DNA of 4,443 nucleotides from Escherichia coli (GTDB lineage Bacteria; Pseudomonadota; Gammaproteobacteria; Enterobacterales; Enterobacteriaceae): NCBI RefSeq assembly GCF_003334765.1, contig NZ_QOWT01000067.1; one strand, 5' to 3'. Shown piece by piece: positions 1 to 4,443 of this stretch (position 1 is its first letter; each line of letters starts with the position of its first letter). The notes under the pieces were generated by a model. It saw only the letters and a program-made list of their open reading frames with translations, ran no database searches and was not told where the DNA came from. The position numbers and the translations under genes were made by a program.

Positions 1-431
1 CGCAGCCGGTAATAATGGACCGTCATGGCATAACACTCCGTACGACAGGCATGATGACTGTACGTCATCAGACAGGCAGCAATGCCGGCGGCTTCCGGGC
101 TCATTTCAGCGCGGTTACCGTTCATGACATTGAACAGTACCCATGTTTCGTCATCATCGTCATCCGGTTCGGGTGCCATAAATGCCCCTCCGTTATTCAG
201 TGTGTACAGACTCCAGATACCACCGCAGTAGTCTTCACACAGACGGTCCATCCAGCCGAAGACACGGGGCTCCAGGGTCACCCACTGTGGAATGAGGCCA
301 AAGTGCTGTGGCCAGAAGCTGATGCACTGTTCATCAGGGACGGGAGTGGCAACCAGTTGAGACTGGTTATTCCCTGATGCAGTAGTTACGGAAACAGAAG
401 GTGTGGTGGAATTATGTGAAACGGTTGTCAT
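1..431 (-). CDS. KlcA/ArdB-family antirestriction protein (YfjX/YafX-like); 3' end runs off the left edge of the window
   Basis: Not in the supplied ORF track because no stop lies inside the window. Manual translation of the minus strand from the ATG at 429-431 gives MTTVSHNSTTPSVSVTTASGNNQSQLVATPVPDEQCISFWPQHFGLIPQWVTLEPRVFGWMDRLCEDYCGGIWSLYTLNNGGAFMAPEPDDDDETWVLFNVMNGNRAEMSPEAAGIAACLMTYSHHACRTECYAMTVHYYRL..., open to position 1. The block RLCEDYCGG..YTLNNGGAFMAPE...NGNRAEMSPEAAGIAA matches the conserved core of KlcA/antirestriction (Pfam Antirestrict) proteins as I recall them. AAGGA lies about 8 nt upstream of the ATG. The + strand ORF 15..377 is antisense to this and has no recognisable features. 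Confidence 0.85.
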   Translation of the reverse strand, partial: MTTVSHNSTTPSVSVTTASGNNQSQLVATPVPDEQCISFWPQHFGLIPQWVTLEPRVFGWMDRLCEDYCGGIWSLYTLNNGGAFMAPEPDDDDDETWVLFNVMNGNRAEMSPEAAGIAACLMTYSHHACRTECYAMTVHYYRL

Positions 432-521
432 GATATTATTCCTTATAAAAAGCAAATGAATGAAGAAGGCTCGGGGGCAGGGACAGACGTGAGTCAGGAC
501 GGCGCTTTCAGGTAAACGGTA

Positions 522-1340
522 TCAGCGCATGTTCTCCAGCAGCGTTTCCGCCATCACCCATAATGCGCGATTGAGCTTAATATCGGTGTCGATGCTGTGA
601 ATGGCCCGGGTATGGATACGTTTTCCTCTGGCACTGCGGCCGGAAATTCCGCCTTTCAGCATATTCTCCTGGATGGTCTGATATGCGCTCCACAGGTCCT
701 TACCGTAATCCTCCCTGCGTCGTGGCGTAAGAATGTCAGCGGTGGTGACGGGCTGATGTTCGTCACCATAACGGTAAGTCAGGGCCGCCTGTGCCAGCGC
801 CTGGCGTGCCGGTGGCGGCAGGACCAGCGACTGCATGGCATCACGCTTCTCCTCTATCCGGTCAAACACGCCCACCACCTCGTAAGCCCCTTCGATAACT
901 TTCTCCACTACATTTCCCCGGTGTGGAACACGCACTTCCCCCAGAGACTGGCCACAGACGCACCCGTTCTGGCAGACGAACCTGAAGTAACCCGGCAGCA
1001 TCTGGTAGCTGGAGGTACCGTCATGAGAGTTGAGCAGAATAATTTCAGGGACATGTTCTCCGTTTATCTCTCCGGCCCGCCGCAGACGCAGCATGTGTTT
1101 GGTATATTCCCGGCGGCTCTGGTCGCGCACACGGGTCTGGCAGGCGAAGAACGGCTGAAAGCCTTCCCGCTGCAGATTTTCCAGGACGGTAATGGTGGGA
1201 ATGTACGCATACCGTTCACTGCGGGAGGTGTGCCGGTCTTCCCCAAAAATACTGGGTACATGGCGTATCAGTTCTTCATGTGTCAGCGGACGGTCACGGC
1301 GTATCTGGTTTACATGACCAAAACGACTTGCTAATCGCAT
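522..1340 (-). CDS. DUF932 domain protein (YfjQ/YafZ-like island protein of unknown function)
   Basis: 272-aa ORF with AAGGAG 6-8 nt upstream of the ATG (revcomp of 1346-1351). The N-terminus MRLASRFGHVNQIRRDRPLT... and overall length (about 273 aa) match the DUF932 family found next to antirestriction genes in E. coli CP4-type islands. The 245-aa + strand ORF 597..1334 is its antisense shadow. Confidence 0.8.
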   Translation of the reverse strand: MRLASRFGHVNQIRRDRPLTHEELIRHVPSIFGEDRHTSRSERYAYIPTITVLENLQREGFQPFFACQTRVRDQSRREYTKHMLRLRRAGEINGEHVPEIILLNSHDGTSSYQMLPGYFRFVCQNGCVCGQSLGEVRVPHRGNVVEKVIEGAYEVVGVFDRIEEKRDAMQSLVLPPPARQALAQAALTYRYGDEHQPVTTADILTPRRREDYGKDLWSAYQTIQENMLKGGISGRSARGKRIHTRAIHSIDTDIKLNRALWVMAETLLENMR

Positions 1341-1376
1341 GATTTGCTCCTTATGAATGAGTTAGCGGTATAAATG

Positions 1377-1407
1377 AAAAAGCCGCGTCTTCTGGAGAAG
1401 ACGCGGC
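1377..1407 (-). terminator. Intrinsic (rho-independent) terminator-like hairpin downstream of the DUF905-like gene
   Basis: Perfect 11-bp stem gccgcgtcttc (1382-1392) / gaagacgcggc (1397-1407) with a 4-nt loop; on the minus strand it is followed immediately by TTTTT (complement of aaaaa 1377-1381). It starts about 23 nt after the stop codon at 1431-1433. Confidence 0.6.
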
Positions 1408-1430
1408 CTGATGGATCAAGTGAATGACGT

Positions 1431-1664
1431 TTATTGCCTGAGAATTCCCTCACTGGCGAGATACGGATTTAGCTGTTTTCCGGCATCAGGTTCAAAATTC
1501 CAGCACCGCCAGCGTAGCTGCCCTTCAGCATTGCGAATAACCAACCGGGAATATGTTCCCTGGTCATCTTCAGTAAACACATTGCGGTAAGCTGTTTTGA
1601 CGGCAACAGCCTGTTCGCGTGAGAAAGGGCCTTCGGGCAATAAACGTGATGTACAACCCGGCAT
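1431..1664 (-). CDS. Small DUF905-like protein (YkfF-like), 77 aa from the preferred start; the track ORF extends to 1700 (89 aa)
   Basis: ORF track gives 1431..1700. The first ATG (1698-1700) sits inside the upstream terminator hairpin and has no Shine-Dalgarno. The second in-frame ATG (1662-1664) is preceded by GGGAG at about 8 nt and gives [77 protein letters not shown]. Size and the LPEGPF...WNFEPDAG pattern resemble the roughly 75-80-aa DUF905 island proteins; family assignment is from memory and moderately uncertain. Confidence 0.65.
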   Translation of the reverse strand: MPGCTSRLLPEGPFSREQAVAVKTAYRNVFTEDDQGTYSRLVIRNAEGQLRWRCWNFEPDAGKQLNPYLASEGILRQ

Positions 1665-1684
1665 ATCTGTTGCTCCCTGAAAGT

Positions 1685-1712
1685 AAAAAGCCCCGGTCAT
1701 GATGACCGGGGC
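1685..1712 (-). terminator. Intrinsic terminator-like hairpin downstream of the Ag43 ORF
   Basis: 10-bp GC-rich stem gccccggtca (1690-1699) / tgaccggggc (1703-1712) with a 3-nt loop; on the minus strand it is followed directly by TTTTT (complement of aaaaa 1685-1689). It lies about 23 nt downstream of the Ag43 stop (1735-1737). Confidence 0.6.
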
Positions 1713-1734
1713 CTGAAGGAGAGTGACCTGATTA

Positions 1735-4023
1735 TCAGAAAGTCACATTCAGCGTGGCCTGACCGTTATAACCTTCAGCGCTGCTGCCGCTGACACTGTG
1801 GGCATAACCGGCCTGAACGCCCAGGGTGATATTTTCCCGGACACGGGCTTCCAGTCCGGCCTGCAGGTCCAGTGACGTGCCATTCCGGGACGGTGAGAAC
1901 GTCATGTTACTGCCGGCGGCGGCTGTACCCATGCTCATGTCACCCCGGGAGCTGAAAGTGCGGATAACAGAAGGCTGTACCCACCAGTTCACCGGCAGTT
2001 CACTCACACGGTGTTTTGTACTGTCGCGCAGAGTGTCACGGGATGAGGTGCCTTCGCCAAAGGTCATATCGTTGTGGCTGCCCAGACGGAAGCCGGCACG
2101 CACATGTTGTGTACTGCCATGCCCGAACTTCACATAACCGGCGTTATCCTGGCCGTCATCCAGGGAGAGCCCCTGCCAGGTGTACTGCAGTTGTGGCTCC
2201 AGCATCAGGTTGTCAGTGATACTGAAGGGCAGACCGGTTTCCAGTGAGCCCAGCCAGCCCCAGCCCCGGGCGCGGAAGTCGTTATTGTCCGATGACGCTT
2301 TCATGCTGTGGCGGGTTCCCTGTGCCACAATGTCAGCCCACAGGCCGGAGGACGTGTGTGTCAGATTCAGGTATCCGCCCAGGCTGCCGGCATCATCCCG
2401 GACCGTGCCGGCGCGGGAACCGTCATCATCCTTAACATCAACGGAAGAATGGCCTGCAGCACCATATACCCCTGTCGTCAGAGACATACCGGCAACCTCT
2501 GTTCTGAGCAGGTCACCCTCCAGATGGACGAAGCCATAGCTGCCGCTGCTTTCCGGCGTGGCTCCACGGGCAATACCGCCGTTGTTATCGTGACCGAGAT
2601 GACCGCCCTGAATGCTGAGACGGACGCTGTTATTTTCACCGCTTACACCGGTCTGATGGCTGCGGGAGCCTGCCAGAATCCGGTCATAGTCCATTGCCTG
2701 TGTCAGCATGGAGGCATACAGGGGGACTTCAGCACGATAAGCATTTTCACTGCGCAGGTACCAGTCTTCATCGCTGTCACGGTTCAGGGTGTAGTTAAAG
2801 GCTCCGGCCTGAAGCGGGCGACTCAGGGCAAACGCACCTTCTTCTGTGGTGGCACCATTCTGTGCATCCACAACCCGGATACCCTGTCCGGAGGTTGCCA
2901 CCCCGAGGTTACTGTTTCCGACATTTGTAAACGCAAGCCAGGTTTTGCCGGTTGCCTGACCACCATTAATCACCAGCTGGTCAGAGGTATTGCTGCCATC
3001 AAGGCGAACACGCATATTGATGGTGCCACCCTGACCGGTGAGGTTACTGGTTGTCAGTTTATGGAACGTTACCGGGGCGTTGCCTTTTGCAACAGCACGG
3101 CTCAGTACGGCATCCGGTGTTGTCTGATTGTCAAAGTAAATCTCCCCTGCGTTAACAATATCGCCGGTACTGACCACATCACCATTCAGTACCATGCTGG
3201 CGCCTTTACTGAGCTGTGTTCTGCCACTCAGACTTCCCCCGGCAGCCAGCATCAGTGTTCCACGATGTCCGACAGTGGTGTTGCTGGCCTGTCCCCCGGC
3301 ATTAACCGTAAAGCTGCCGCCATTTTCCAGCAGCAGGTCGCTGGCCTGACCGGATATGCCATCAATACTGAACTTACCGCTGGCATTGGTCCCCTCAACA
3401 GTGGCACCACTGTCTGCTATCAGGGCACCACCGGATGTCATGGTGACATCTGTTGCCTTACCACCGGCAGACACTGCCAGGGTACCGCCGTCATCCACCA
3501 GTGTTTTCTGCGCTGAATGGCCCTCCAGTACATCCAGGCGACCGCCGGACTCCAGAACAACGCCGTCAGCCTTACCGTTTTCCACTGTGAAATTGCCCAG
3601 ACGGTTGCTGCCGGTGACGGTTGCCGCCGTACTGGTGACCAGTGCGCCGCCCTGCGTCAGGGTGACATTCGTGGCTGTACCACCGGCGTTCACCTGCAGT
3701 TTGCCTTTCTGGTTAACGGTGGTGAAATCCGCCAGACCACCTTCCTTGATAATCTGCCAGCCGTCACTGTTAACAACAGTGCCAGACGCCGTACCGCCGT
3801 TGTGCACATACTGGTACCCCCCATTCAGCGTGGTATCCAGTGCGTGACCATGTACAGTCTGGTCGCCGCCGGCATAAACCACAGTGGTATTTGCCGTTCC
3901 TTCAGCAGCCACAATCTGACGACCATTTTTATTGATGGTGGTGCGTACGGCATCTCCGTAGACGGTCTGCCCGGTATTCCGTTCTGCATGATGAAGAGAT
4001 TCAGCTGCCTTTTCGCAGGCCAT
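1735..4023 (-). CDS. flu: Antigen 43 (Ag43/Flu) self-associating autotransporter adhesin, N-terminally truncated form (no signal peptide); probable non-secreted remnant or pseudogene
   Basis: 762-aa ORF. The C-terminal half carries the Ag43 translocator region as I recall it ([30 protein letters not shown], and the C-terminus [12 protein letters not shown] with terminal Phe typical of outer-membrane beta-barrels). An RGD motif is encoded at nt 1939-1947. The N-terminal half is Gly/Thr/Ala-rich beta-helix repeats ([25 protein letters not shown] and similar). [16 protein letters not shown] near the ORF N-terminus corresponds to an internal segment of full-length Flu (about 1039 aa in K-12). The N-terminus [19 protein letters not shown] has no hydrophobic signal sequence, there is no Shine-Dalgarno before the ATG, and an in-frame stop (4030-4032) lies two codons upstream. 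Confidence 0.9.
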   Translation of the reverse strand: MACEKAAESLHHAERNTGQTVYGDAVRTTINKNGRQIVAAEGTANTTVVYAGGDQTVHGHALDTTLNGGYQYVHNGGTASGTVVNSDGWQIIKEGGLADFTTVNQKGKLQVNAGGTATNVTLTQGGALVTSTAATVTGSNRLGNFTVENGKADGVVLESGGRLDVLEGHSAQKTLVDDGGTLAVSAGGKATDVTMTSGGALIADSGATVEGTNASGKFSIDGISGQASDLLLENGGSFTVNAGGQASNTTVGHRGTLMLAAGGSLSGRTQLSKGASMVLNGDVVSTGDIVNAGEIYFDNQTTPDAVLSRAVAKGNAPVTFHKLTTSNLTGQGGTINMRVRLDGSNTSDQLVINGGQATGKTWLAFTNVGNSNLGVATSGQGIRVVDAQNGATTEEGAFALSRPLQAGAFNYTLNRDSDEDWYLRSENAYRAEVPLYASMLTQAMDYDRILAGSRSHQTGVSGENNSVRLSIQGGHLGHDNNGGIARGATPESSGSYGFVHLEGDLLRTEVAGMSLTTGVYGAAGHSSVDVKDDDGSRAGTVRDDAGSLGGYLNLTHTSSGLWADIVAQGTRHSMKASSDNNDFRARGWGWLGSLETGLPFSITDNLMLEPQLQYTWQGLSLDDGQDNAGYVKFGHGSTQHVRAGFRLGSHNDMTFGEGTSSRDTLRDSTKHRVSELPVNWWVQPSVIRTFSSRGDMSMGTAAAGSNMTFSPSRNGTSLDLQAGLEARVRENITLGVQAGYAHSVSGSSAEGYNGQATLNVTF

Positions 4024-4033
4024 TAACCACTAT

Positions 4034-4077
4034 AAACGATCGATTGTGACGATCTATACCTGTTTTATCGATCGTTT
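4034..4077 (-). promoter_or_regulatory. agn43-type phase-variation switch: three Dam GATC sites within an OxyR-binding region
   Basis: GATC at 4038-4041, 4051-4054 and 4070-4073, i.e. three sites in 36 bp. They are framed by a perfect 11-bp inverted repeat, aaacgatcgat (4034-4044) and atcgatcgttt (4067-4077). ATAG half-site-like motifs are present on the minus strand (GGTATAGATCG, TTTATAGTGG). This matches the known Dam methylation/OxyR repression switch of agn43. Confidence 0.8.
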
Positions 4078-4078
4078 T

Positions 4079-4107
4079 ATTCTATTAATAACAAGGCAGC
4101 CACGCAA
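4079..4107 (-). promoter_or_regulatory. Candidate sigma70 promoter for the Ag43 ORF
   Basis: Minus-strand TTGCGT (complement of 4102-4107), a 17-nt spacer, then TAGAAT (complement of 4079-4084). The predicted transcription start falls at or near the first GATC, consistent with an OxyR site overlapping and just downstream of the start. Exact hexamers are inferred, not verified. Confidence 0.45.
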
Positions 4108-4192
4108 GAGAAACAGGAGGAGTATGAGGGGTTTGTGTCATGTTTTCAGTTGGTTAACGCAATGTAATCAGGCATTTCCTCTGGCAGAGTGT

Positions 4193-4443
4193 TCAGAAGA
4201 AAATCCAGTTCCATACCGCGCGGGCAACAGAGACCACGGTGTCACGGACGGCACGCAGAACCGTACGAGCCACAGAGGCAACACAGACGCTCTCCGCCGT
4301 GTCAAATATCCGGTCCACCGCACCGGTAAACTGTTCACGGGCCTGCCCCCGGACAGATTCCGTGCACAGCTCGTCCTGCAGGCGGGTCATCAGGGGACTG
4401 GCGGCATGGTCGGGAAGTGCTGTCATGAGCGCACTGACCAGCG
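4193..4443 (-). CDS. 3' end of an upstream ORF that continues past the right edge; possibly a YeeP/YkfA-family GTPase by synteny only
   Basis: Track ORF 4193..4426 (77 aa), but the frame stays open upstream of the ATG to the window edge (...LVSALMTALPDH...), so this is probably the C-terminus of a larger protein. Codon usage is typical (CTG, CGT, GCC), and the product ends ...SVARAVWNWIFF. Assignment to the GTPase family rests only on the known yeeP-flu gene order in E. coli K-12; I cannot confirm it from the sequence. Confidence 0.5.
   Translation of the reverse strand, partial: LVSALMTALPDHAASPLMTRLQDELCTESVRGQAREQFTGAVDRIFDTAESVCVASVARTVLRAVRDTVVSVARAVWNWIFF

Noticed and set aside
15-377. 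Plus-strand ORF of 120 aa
   Set aside because: It is the antisense shadow of the KlcA-like antirestriction gene, which has clear family-level similarity and an RBS on the minus strand.
597-1334. Plus-strand ORF of 245 aa, and the minus-strand 65-aa ORF 1064..1261
   Set aside because: Both overlap the DUF932 gene in other frames or on the other strand. The minus-strand 272-aa frame is the one with an RBS and recognisable family features.
1665-1700. The 12 extra N-terminal codons of the 89-aa track ORF
   Set aside because: That ATG lies inside the terminator hairpin and has no Shine-Dalgarno; the downstream ATG at 1664 with GGGAG is preferred. Kept as an alternative in the feature call.
2308-3516. 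Long antisense ORF (402 aa, + strand) inside the Ag43 gene, plus further + strand ORFs at 1826..2137, 2016..2219, 2180..2539, 2244..2435, 3356..3847 and 3517..4026
   Set aside because: They lie opposite a well-supported coding sequence. The GC-rich, Gly/Ala/Thr-rich repetitive codons of the passenger domain leave few stop codons on the opposite strand. The translations are Cys/Pro/Arg-rich with no recognisable features.
4124-4443. Plus-strand ORF beginning at the ATG 4124-4126 with AGGAGG just upstream, open to the right edge of the window (absent from the track because it has no stop in the window)
   Set aside because: It is antisense to the more protein-like minus-strand ORF, uses rare AGG/AGA codons, and its translation (MRGLCHVFSWLTQCNQAFPLAECSEENPVPYRAGNRDHG...) is Arg/His/Cys/Gly-rich with no recognisable features. 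The AGGAGG is the complement of CCTCCT in the agn43 promoter region and the spacing to the ATG is short (3-4 nt). Most likely fortuitous.
1-4443. Looked for CRISPR repeats, tRNA or rRNA genes, IS elements or transposase terminal inverted repeats, and integrase or att sites
   Set aside because: No regularly spaced direct repeats, no tRNA-like cloverleaf candidates, and no transposase or integrase-like ORFs were seen in the window. The only repetitive DNA is the imperfect codon-level repetition within the Ag43 passenger domain.

Overview
The window looks like a slice of an Escherichia/Shigella-type cryptic-prophage-like genomic island (CP4-44/CP4-57-like), with every supported gene on the minus strand. 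Reading in the direction of transcription (high to low coordinate): the 3' end of an upstream ORF (4193..4443), then a sigma70 promoter candidate and the Dam/OxyR phase-variation switch with three GATC sites (4034..4107), then an antigen 43 (Ag43/Flu) autotransporter ORF of 762 aa (1735..4023) that lacks the signal peptide and the N-terminal part of the passenger domain, then a hairpin terminator, a small DUF905-like gene (1431..1664), a second hairpin terminator, a DUF932-family gene (522..1340) and a KlcA/ArdB-family antirestriction gene that runs off the left edge (1..431). I see no tRNA, rRNA, CRISPR array, IS element or integrase. The most notable observation is that the Ag43 ORF is fused almost directly to an apparently intact epigenetic switch while missing its secretion signal. 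This is a known family of island rather than an obviously new system. All homology calls are from memory of these protein families, not from a search.
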